This document shows positions 18,060 through 26,328 of a stretch of DNA of 64,000 bases, piece by piece. The DNA is from a bacterium. GTDB taxonomy: Bacteria > UBA8248. Every line of letters starts with the position of its first letter. Positions within the stretch are counted from its first letter, which is position 1. Under the pieces are notes generated by a model. It ran no database searches. It was given only the letters and a program-made list of their open reading frames with translations, and was not told the DNA's origin. Position numbers and translations under genes: made by a program. The stretch spans positions 288,001 through 352,000 of the forward strand of contig OZ241326.1 in assembly GCA_965199855.1 (NCBI GenBank), written 5' to 3'.

Positions 18060-21000
18060 CTAGAACCTCACGCCCAGGCTGAGGCGGCCGCCGTAGGTCT
18101 TCTCGCCGGAGCCCAGGCCGGAGGCGGAGAGGTCGGCGTCCAGCGAGAAGCAGCCCGCGCGCCAGCGCGCCCCCATCCCCAGCAGAAGGCGGGTCTTCTC
18201 CGCGCGCGCGTGGAGCCGCTCGCCGGAGACCTCGACCGTCGTCCTCTCGCCGCTCAGGATCTCCTCCACGTCCGCCGAGCCGCGCAGGGCGAGCCTCCCG
18301 CCCCCCACGTCCAGGGGATCGGCGGCCTCGGCGAGCACCCCCACCCCGCCCGTGAGCCTGTCGCCCCGGACGAGCGAGAAGCGCGCCCCGGTCGCGTCGG
18401 TGAAGTCGTCCATCGAAAGCCGCGATCTCGCCAGCCAGGCGCGGGGGGTGAAGGAAAGCCTCGCGCTTCGGAACGCCGCGCGCCGCCCGGCCTCCATCTC
18501 CAGGGAGCGGACGATCGCCCCCGCGTCGCTCTTGAGCGCGCCCATGCCCTTCGAGGAGAAGTCGGCGAGGTATTCCGTCGCCAGCAGACCCCCGCTCACG
18601 TACCAGCCGCCCGCGCTCCGCCAGGAGCCGCCCGCGCCCAGACCCAGACCCTCGACCTCCATCTTCCCCCTGTCGCCCGGCGTCGAGACGCGCGCGGAGC
18701 CCTCCGAGAGGCGGATGAGCCCCCAGGCGCTCAGCCCCCGCGTCCAGGGAAGGAAAACCTCCCCGCCCGCCTCCGCCTCGAAGCGGTCGAACTCGCGCTT
18801 CCCGCCCACGGTCGAGCCCCCCGAGCCCGAGCTCCGCGCCCCGGAGAGCCTGACCCACACGGGCGCGTCCGGGGAGAAGAGACCCCCGCGACCCCCCGGC
18901 CCCGAGCCCGCGCCTCCCGCCCCTCCCGCGCCCCCGGCGGCCAGACGCGCCAGAAGCCCCGGAAGCGCCTCGTAGAGACCCGCGCGCGGAGCGAAAACAT
19001 CGATGAAGTCGGCGGAGGAGAAGTTCCGACCCAGAATGGTCCCGCTCGGCCGCACGGCGACGTTCCGCGCCCCGATCGTCGCCACGACGCCCGTCGCGCC
19101 CCGCTCCGCGTCGTGCAGCCGCAAGCCGTTGACGAGGATGTCCGTGCCGCCCCTCTCGTTCCTGATCCAGCCGTCGCCGATGGCCTCCCGCACCCGGCGG
19201 GTGGGGGGCAGGCGCAGACCCAGGCGCAGGCGCGACGCGGCGTCCCCCAGGGATTCCACCGCTATCCCGTCCACGCCCGACAGACGCCCCGCGGCGCCCA
19301 GCGCGAGCGTCCCGCCACGATCAAAGCGCACGCGACCCGCCGACCCGTCCAGCCGCACCGCGCTGGCCGCCAGATGAATCGTTCCCGCCACCTCGCCGCC
19401 CTCGGAGACCGCGACCGTATGATCGCCCGCGCCCAGCCCTTCCACGTCGCCTTCCACCAGACCGGAGATGATCGCCGTGAAATCGCCCGCGACCTCGCTG
19501 TGGATGTTCCCCGCGACCCCGCCGCCGGGGGCGACGTTCACCGTATGATCGCCCGACCCCAGCCCCTCCACGTCGCCTTCCACCAGACCGGAAATGATCG
19601 CCGTAAAATCGCCCGCGACCTCGCCGCGGAGGTCGCCTTCGACCCTCCCCGCCACCGTCGCGTGGAAATCCCCGGACCCGTCCGCCAGGACGCCCACGCC
19701 GGACGCCGCGCTGATCCTCCCCGCCGCGCCCACCGCGAGCCTGCCGCCGCCCTTCATATAGACGCCCGCGCCGGCTCCGCCCGCGACCCGCCCGTCAATC
19801 GAGACGCTCTGGGCGAGAAAATTTCCCGCTCCCGCGCCCGCCCCTGAAAGATAGAGCCCGTTCGCGCCGCCCGAGACACTCGCGCCCTCGGCCACGCGCA
19901 CCGCTATGCCCCCGTTCCTCTCGTGAGGAACCGCGTAGAGCGCCTCCACGCCGTTGCCCTCGGCGGCTATCGTCCCTCCGGTCACGTCCACGCGGATGTC
20001 GCCCGCGTTGTAGCTCGCCGCGAGCCGGCGGACGTCGTTCTTCCAGGCGTCCGCGTAGCCTTCGGGAAGGGCGGCGAGAGCGCCCTCCAGATCGCCGCCC
20101 GTCAGCGCCGCCGCCAGAACCGCCCGCTCGGCCGCCGTGAGGGCCTGCTGCGCCGCGAGCGTTTCCCGCTCCTCATCCGACAGGGGAGGCCAGTAGCGGC
20201 GCGGAGGGACCAGGTTCGGATCCACGTCGCCCTCCGCGACGCGCCTGGCGAGGGCGCGGTGCTCCTGGGCGACGGCGCGGACGCCCGCGCGCGAAAGCCC
20301 CAGAATCCCGCCCGCCTCCGCCTCCGCCGCGGCGAAGTTCCCGGTCGGCTCATGGCCGCGCTTGCGAAGAAGCTCCCGCGCCTGCGCCTTCCAGTCGTCG
20401 TCGTAGGCGGCGGGAAGGGCGGCGAGCGCCGTATCCAGCGCGTCTGAATCACCCGCCGTGACGGCGTCCAGGACGGCGCGCTCGCCCGTCGAGAGCGTCC
20501 CGTCCTCCCCCGCCACCCTGGCTCTTATGAAGTCGTCCATCACGCCCACGCCGACGGTGATGTCCCCGCTCGTCTCGACGTGGAGGATGGGCTCCGTCCG
20601 CTCCTGGGGCGGGTCGGCGGCTTCTTCCCCCTCCCCCTCGGCCTCGTCCGCTTCCTCCGCGAAGGTGGAGCCGCTCGAAAGCTCGACGCGGGCGAGAACG
20701 CCGACGGCGCGCGCCTCTATCTCCCCCGCGTGCTCGATGCGAATGCCGTCCGCCGCGATCTCCCTCCGCGCGTTGGGCGCGGCCTTGTTCTCCAGCCGCG
20801 CCTCCGCGCCGACGCCGAACGGCGTCTTTATCGCGCTCTCCGCGTCAATCGTCACGGAGGCGGAGCCCGCGTCGACATGGCGGACGTATGCGCCGACGGC
20901 GCCCAGCCCCTCCGTAGAGACGGCGGCGGCGCGCAGGGAGACGAAGGTTTTCGTCTCCACTCGGAGTCCCCCGCCCGGCGTCGAGTAGTCCGCGAAGACG

Positions 21001-22199
21001 CCGTGAGCCCCGTCGCCCTCCGTCGAGACGGCGCCGTCCCGGAAGTCGAGGAAGATGGAGCCCTCCCCATTCCGGAAGTAGAGGCGGGCGTGGACGCCGT
21101 GGGAGGCGCGGCCCTTCGTCCGGATGTCGACGCCCGCGATGCCGCCCGCGTCGTCGCCCGCCCCGGGGTCGCCCGCGTCGAGGCGGGACACATCGATATA
21201 GACGGCTGTGGCATCGTCGCCCTCCGTCGAGACGGCGCCGCCCCGGAACCTGAGGACGGCCCTGCCCGAGCCCGACGTATAGCCTCTGATATGGAAGCCC
21301 CTGGCTTCCTCGCCTTTCGTCGTGACGGAGACGTCCTCCAAATCGAAGACGATGCCGTCGGTGACGGCTCTGACGCCGGTGGCGCGCGCGCCGCTCGTCG
21401 AGACGCGAAAATCCTTCATCCCGATGAGGGTGCTGGCGGGGCGGCCGCTGAGTCTGAAGTGGTTGATATTGAGGCCGTAGGCGTAGTCGCCCGTTGTCGT
21501 GACGGAGCCGTCCCGGGCGTCCATCTCGATGTCGCCCTCCAGGGACCCAAAATAGACGCCGTAGCCGAAGTCGCCGCTCGTCTCGATGGAGGAGCCGCCC
21601 TCCATTCTGAACAGGGCGTCGCCGTAGCCCCCGTCGATCCGGGCGCCAGAGCCGCTGCTCTTGACGACGACGCCGTTCGCCAGGTGAACGCTGACGTCGC
21701 CTCTGCCCGCCTGCTGGCCCCGGACGCCGTAGTTGAAGCCGCCGGTCTGCGTGACGGAGCCGCCCGACACCCTGACGGCGAGGCTGCCGGTCTGTATCCG
21801 GCCGCCGAAGCCGCGCGCCCGGTAGCCATAGACGGGCGTGTTCGCCGCCTTGACGGCGGTGTCCGTCACGCTGACCCTGATGGAGCCCGCGCCGTCGTGT
21901 CTGGCGAAAACGCCGTGGGACCAGTCTCCGCCCGTGAGATCGCTGTCCGTCACGTCGATCTCGATGGAGCCCGTGCCGTCGATCTCGCCGTGAATGGCGG
22001 GGGTGCCGATCGGCGCCGTGATGGTGACGCTCGCCGCGTTGATGTCGACGTTGGCGGTGGTTCCGCTGGCGACCTGGCACCTGATCGTGTCGGTCGCGCC
22101 CGGCGCGTCGCTGCAAACCGCCGCGGCCCGCGCCTCGCCCGCGCAGAGGAAGATCGCCAGAAAGGCCCCCGGGACGAGCGCGGCCGCCCGCGCCCTCAC
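18060..22199 (-). CDS. Type Va autotransporter (beta-helical passenger, C-terminal beta-barrel)
   Basis: Signal peptide ending ARA, repeated VSTEG..A.GV rungs, VWVR..G barrel start, terminal GGRLSLGVRF; AGGAG RBS before GTG at 22199. Confidence 0.92.
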   Translation of the reverse strand: MRARAAALVPGAFLAIFLCAGEARAAAVCSDAPGATDTIRCQVASGTTANVDINAASVTITAPIGTPAIHGEIDGTGSIEIDVTDSDLTGGDWSHGVFARHDGAGSIRVSVTDTAVKAANTPVYGYRARGFGGRIQTGSLAVRVSGGSVTQTGGFNYGVRGQQAGRGDVSVHLANGVVVKSSGSGARIDGGYGDALFRMEGGSSIETSGDFGYGVYFGSLEGDIEMDARDGSVTTTGDYAYGLNINHFRLSGRPASTLIGMKDFRVSTSGARATGVRAVTDGIVFDLEDVSVTTKGEEARGFHIRGYTSGSGRAVLRFRGGAVSTEGDDATAVYIDVSRLDAGDPGAGDDAGGIAGVDIRTKGRASHGVHARLYFRNGEGSIFLDFRDGAVSTEGDGAHGVFADYSTPGGGLRVETKTFVSLRAAAVSTEGLGAVGAYVRHVDAGSASVTIDAESAIKTPFGVGAEARLENKAAPNARREIAADGIRIEHAGEIEARAVGVLARVELSSGSTFAEEADEAEGEGEEAADPPQERTEPILHVETSGDITVGVGVMDDFIRARVAGEDGTLSTGERAVLDAVTAGDSDALDTALAALPAAYDDDWKAQARELLRKRGHEPTGNFAAAEAEAGGILGLSRAGVRAVAQEHRALARRVAEGDVDPNLVPPRRYWPPLSDEERETLAAQQALTAAERAVLAAALTGGDLEGALAALPEGYADAWKNDVRRLAASYNAGDIRVDVTGGTIAAEGNGVEALYAVPHERNGGIAVRVAEGASVSGGANGLYLSGAGAGAGNFLAQSVSIDGRVAGGAGAGVYMKGGGRLAVGAAGRISAASGVGVLADGSGDFHATVAGRVEGDLRGEVAGDFTAIISGLVEGDVEGLGSGDHTVNVAPGGGVAGNIHSEVAGDFTAIISGLVEGDVEGLGAGDHTVAVSEGGEVAGTIHLAASAVRLDGSAGRVRFDRGGTLALGAAGRLSGVDGIAVESLGDAASRLRLGLRLPPTRRVREAIGDGWIRNERGGTDILVNGLRLHDAERGATGVVATIGARNVAVRPSGTILGRNFSSADFIDVFAPRAGLYEALPGLLARLAAGGAGGAGGAGSGPGGRGGLFSPDAPVWVRLSGARSSGSGGSTVGGKREFDRFEAEAGGEVFLPWTRGLSAWGLIRLSEGSARVSTPGDRGKMEVEGLGLGAGGSWRSAGGWYVSGGLLATEYLADFSSKGMGALKSDAGAIVRSLEMEAGRRAAFRSARLSFTPRAWLARSRLSMDDFTDATGARFSLVRGDRLTGGVGVLAEAADPLDVGGGRLALRGSADVEEILSGERTTVEVSGERLHARAEKTRLLLGMGARWRAGCFSLDADLSASGLGSGEKTYGGRLSLGVRF

Positions 22200-22216
22200 G
22201 CCGCGCTCCTTTTCAT

Positions 22217-22437
22217 GTCGGTGAGTCGGTGAGTCGGTGAGTCGGTGAGTCGGTGAGTCGGTGAGTCGGTGAGTCGGTGAGTCGGTGAGTCGGTGAGTCG
22301 GTGAGTCGGTGAGTCGGTGAGTCGGTGAGTCGGTGAGTCGGTGAGTCGGTGAGTCGGTGAGTCGGTGAGTCGGTGAGTCGGTGAGTCGGTGAGTCGGTGA
22401 GTCGGTGAGTCGGTGAGTCGGTGAGTCGGTGAGTCGG
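22217..22437. repeat. Perfect 8-bp tandem repeat (GTCGGTGA)x27 plus a partial unit
   Basis: Directly visible; encodes (DSPTHRLT)x9 on the minus strand. Confidence 0.99.
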
Positions 22438-22560
22438 GCGCAGTATGCCGCGTTTTCAGGGCGCGGCCAAGCTCTCGGGCGGACATGGAATCAGGTCTCC
22501 TCGCGCGTTCCATCCTGATGACGAATTCATCCGTTCCCGTTCCCGGTCGAACGGCGGGAG

Positions 22561-22590
22561 ATTATGCGGATGCGGAGCGGGTCTTGTCAA
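22561..22590 (-). promoter_or_regulatory. Putative sigma70 promoter for the repeat leader and autotransporter
   Basis: Minus strand TTGACA-18 nt-CATAAT. Confidence 0.6.
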
Positions 22591-22640
22591 CAAAAAAACC
22601 GACAGCCCCCGCGGGGACGGCGGAGGACGCGGGGGGCATG

Positions 22641-22948
22641 GCTTCGCAGGGGCGGTTGCCTATGATGATGGGCCGTAGGGGCGGTTCGGGAACCGCCCGT
22701 TTTGACGGGAAGGCAATCAAACCCCCGGATTCCGGCCTTCGCCGGAATGACGACCGAGGATTCCCCCTACGGCGGTGAACGCAGATTTCATGGTTTCGTA
22801 AGTGAAACGCGAGAGCGTTTCCATATATGCGTCCCGCGCCGTTTTCCATTGATGCGGCGCAGGCGGTTCCCGAACCGCCCCTACGGGGATGGTCGCCCAT
22901 GGAGGGTAACGGGCCGTAGGGACAACCCCCCGTGGTTGTCCTTCGTCA
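22641..22948. repeat. Mosaic REP-like array B (left part of an array interrupted by the IS)
   Basis: Same palindromic units as array A; 22648-22752 is identical to 25563-25667. Confidence 0.88.
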
Positions 22949-22987
22949 AAAAACAACGGAATGAGTAGTTAGGGGCTTATCTCTCAT

Positions 22988-24541
22988 TCAACCGAGTTTC
23001 CGCGCTCCCGGGAGCGAGGGCTGTTCGAGGCCCATCCCTGAAACGCTCGGCGTATGAAACCGCCTGCCGCCAAGTATTTCCTCAACCGTCAGTATTTGCA
23101 TCCGTGAATAGTTCACCCCGTCGGCGATCAGATCGCCCGCATCCGCGATGACCTTATCAAAGTTTCTCTGTTGAATCTCTCCCAACGGCTCCATGATGAT
23201 CAAACCCGCCATAGGTATTAAGTCGTCATTGAGAACGCCGCGCAACGCCCTCATATCCTTGATGGAGACGCTCTTGCCCCCCTTGACTTCAATCGCCATG
23301 CTTCGGAGGTCGTCCGTGCCGGGCATCGAGAAATAAAGCCGCCCGTCAATTCCTCCGTCCGCCGTTTTCTTGGTCGTGACGAATCCATCTACTTGCTCCA
23401 CCGCCCATTTTTGGAAGTGATACTTGTCGCGCTCCCAAAGGTCTTTCGCGCCTTCCAGGTTGCGCGGCACGCCCTCGACGATGAAGTCCTGCCCATCGAC
23501 CAGCCCAAGCCGATCCTGCAATCGCATCCGCGCTACGCGCTTTATGGCGTGAATGGCGATGTCGATCCCTATCCAGCGCCGCCCCAGCTGATGCGCCGCT
23601 TCAAGGGTCGTACCGCATCCGCAAAAGGGATCAAGCACCACGTCGCCCGGGTTTGAGGAAGCCTTGATGATGCGTTCGAGAAGGGCGAGAGGCTTTTGGG
23701 TGGCGTAGCCGAGGCGTTCTTTCGCTTGAGGATTGATGACAGGAATCTCAAATACGTCGAATGCGGGAACGCCCCGATTCTTCCTGTAAATGACGCGGTG
23801 AAAATTATGGGGATTCACCGCGCCGCTTTTGACTGCCTTTTCGTAGTTCTCCTTGTTTTCGATGATGATTTGCCTGTATTTTTTCCCTTCGTGTGTATAT
23901 GTGTTCGTGTTGTATCCTCGCTTCATGGGGGCGCGGGTTGGAGAGGCGGGAACATATTGCGCGTTGAACGTATGCTTTTTCCCCTTGGAATAGAAAAGGA
24001 TAACGTCGTGCATCCTTTGAAAGCGATTCGCCTGCGCCGCCCATCGACGATAGAACCAGATAATCTCGTTCCTGAAATTGCCATGCCCGAAAATCCCGTC
24101 CATCAGAATTTTGAGATAATGGCTCGCCGTCGGGTCGCAGTGCAGATAGATGGATCCGGTCGGTTTGAGGATGGCTTTCATTTGCATCAGGCGCTCGACC
24201 ATGTAGGAGAGATAGGCGAGAAGGCGCGGCTGCGTGTCCCGCAGGGCGTTCATCCATAGTTTCCAGAGTTCCGCTACCCAGATATCCATTCCCGTCTCGC
24301 GCATCAAAACGGGCATCTGGCGTATGGCGCGGTCGCGCTCCTTGTTGAGCTCCCACATGTCGCAGAACGCTTCTATCTGATCGGGCAGCGGTCGCCCCGT
24401 CTCATCCCTGTAAATGGAGTTGTAGGCGCGGTTCGAGTTGAACGGCGGGTCGAGATAGATCAGGTCCACGCTGGCGGACTTCATATGATCGCGCATGATC
24501 GTAAGGCAGTCGCCGTAGTAGAGCCTGTTGGGGCCCTTCAT
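22988..24541 (-). CDS. N6/N4 DNA methyltransferase (beta class) fused to a C-terminal Mrr-like PD-(D/E)xK domain
   Basis: IYLDPPFNS, GY.TQKP..LLERII, VLDPFCGCGTT; tail ADGGIDG...AIEVKGG. ATGA overlap with the transposase stop. Confidence 0.92.
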   Translation of the reverse strand: MKGPNRLYYGDCLTIMRDHMKSASVDLIYLDPPFNSNRAYNSIYRDETGRPLPDQIEAFCDMWELNKERDRAIRQMPVLMRETGMDIWVAELWKLWMNALRDTQPRLLAYLSYMVERLMQMKAILKPTGSIYLHCDPTASHYLKILMDGIFGHGNFRNEIIWFYRRWAAQANRFQRMHDVILFYSKGKKHTFNAQYVPASPTRAPMKRGYNTNTYTHEGKKYRQIIIENKENYEKAVKSGAVNPHNFHRVIYRKNRGVPAFDVFEIPVINPQAKERLGYATQKPLALLERIIKASSNPGDVVLDPFCGCGTTLEAAHQLGRRWIGIDIAIHAIKRVARMRLQDRLGLVDGQDFIVEGVPRNLEGAKDLWERDKYHFQKWAVEQVDGFVTTKKTADGGIDGRLYFSMPGTDDLRSMAIEVKGGKSVSIKDMRALRGVLNDDLIPMAGLIIMEPLGEIQQRNFDKVIADAGDLIADGVNYSRMQILTVEEILGGRRFHTPSVSGMGLEQPSLPGARKLG

Positions 24542-25427
24542 GCCAAAGCCGCCCGCTTGATGAACGCGGCGAAGGGATCAGCCTGTCTGCGGGCGTTGTA
24601 TTTGTAGCAAGCCTCGTGGATATAGGATTCGGCGTGCTTGCGGGTGTATTTGTGATGAGAGCCGAACCACGCCCTTTTGAGAAGTCCCCAGAAGCCCTCG
24701 ATGGTGTTCGTATGGGTTTCGCCGTCAGCGTAGTGGACGCTGTGATTGATGATCGCATGGGGCATTTCGCCCGAAATGCCCTTGTAGGCAGGGTATTCAT
24801 CCGTGATGAGAAGGGAGCCGCCGGGCCGAACCGTATCCCTGATGAAGCGGAGAATGCCGTTGGATGAGAGATCGTCCGCGATTCGGGCGGCTACCCCCCC
24901 CCGCGCTCCACGGCCCCGATAACGGATACTTTTCTGGTGCCGCGCCCGCGCTTGTTCGGCTTATCGCCGTCCCGCCTGTTGCCCTTGCGGGGCTTGCCGC
25001 CGATATAGCATTCGTCCGCCTCGATGATCCCCTGCAACAGTTCGCCTTCCAGTTTCATGGCGCGGCGAATTCGCATCCCCATATACCACGCCGTCTTTTG
25101 ATTCAGATCGAGATCGCGGGCGAGCTGGTGGCTGGATACGCTTTTCTTGGCGTTGAGGAGCAAGCCTATGGCGAGAAACCACTTTTGAAGCGGGATTTTC
25201 GTCTTTTGAAAGATGGTCTTGGAGAGAACGTTGAAGCTGGCTTTGCAGTAATGGCAATTCCACCGTCCTATCCGGTCGCCGTCCGCCTTGCGGGCGACCT
25301 TCAACCCGCCGCAAAGCGGGCAATACGGCTGATCGCCGAAGCCCACCTTTTCAAGGTGTTCGATGCAGTGTTCATGATCGGGATAGCGGCTGAAAATGCT
25401 GATCAAGTCCATTTCTGATCTCCCCAT
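24538..25427 (-). pseudogene. IS1595-family DDE transposase split by a frameshift in a G9 run
   Basis: Zn ribbon CPLC..CHYC, EADECYIGG, KRGRG; stop after VERGGG. The shifted frame continues VAARIADDLS...LITDEYPAYK...INHS...HTNTIEGFWGLLKR. Confidence 0.9.
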
Positions 25428-25498
25428 GTTGTGATATTCTCAATATACATCAGGGGGAGCAAATTATCAAGCCCCTAACTACTCATTCCGAAAAACAA

Positions 25499-26210
25499 AA
25501 CCCTGGATTCCGGCCTTCGCCGGAATGACGGCGGAATAGGGACGCGGGATTTGTGATTTCGTAGGGGCGGTTGCCTATGATGATGGGCCGTAGGGGCGGT
25601 TCGGGAACCGCCCGTTTTGACGGGAAGGCAATCAAACCCCCGGATTCCGGCCTTCGCCGGAATGACGGCGAAAGGCCAACCCCGGCGTCCCTTCGATCCG
25701 GCAGGGAACAGCATCGAGACGACGGCGAGGATTTCCCCTCCGCCGCGCGCCGCCCCGGAATCTCGTCATTCCGGCGAAGGCCGGAATCCAGAACCGGGGC
25801 GCGCGGCGGCGAACGGGCGTTCCCGGCCAATCCATGCGCGGGTTCCGTCCCCTGATGGGCAGGGACAGGTCGCGACCCGTCCCTGCGGAACGTTCGCGCG
25901 TCGGCGAGCTGGATGGGAATATGGCGCGAAGGACAACCACAGGGGGTTGTCCCTGCGATTCGCGCCGCGCCCTCCCCGCGCCCGCGAACGGGGCGCAAGA
26001 ATGGAAACGCTCTCGCGTTTCACCTACGAAACCATCGTCATTCTCGCCGTAGGGGACGCATTCATGCGTCCCGCCCGGCGTTCGACGGGGCGGGGATTAT
26101 GTTCCGTAGGGGCGGCCCCTCCCCGGGGCCGCCCCACAATTCGGGAACCGCCCGTATTCAGGAAGGGTTCGCATCGGAGGCGGCGGGTCGTTCCCGAACG
26201 ACCCCTACGG
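25499..26210. repeat. Mosaic REP-like array C (right part of the IS-interrupted array)
   Basis: Three CGTC-type palindromes plus several GTAG-type units; linkers shared with arrays A, B and D. Confidence 0.9.
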
Positions 26211-26328
26211 ATTGTCGCGCCGCTCCGGGGCGCCGCCCTCCCCGCGCCCGCGGGTTGCAATTTCCGGGCGCGCCGCCTAGGATGCCCCGCGACCGGACCG
26301 CCCCTCCCGACGCTCAGGAACGAACGAC

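Larger units (their letters stand above)
22957..25490 (-). mobile_element. IS1595-family transporter IS carrying a DNA methyltransferase passenger
   Basis: Perfect 22-bp TIRs CGGAATGAGTAGTTAGGGGCTT (22957-22978 and 25469-25490); 8-bp TSD AAAAACAA (22949-22956 and 25491-25498). Confidence 0.95.

Noticed and set aside
22196-22513. (DSPTHRLT)n ORF as an independent functional protein
   Set aside because: It is the translation of a perfect 8-bp DNA repeat with no synonymous variation; considered only as a leader or frame switch.
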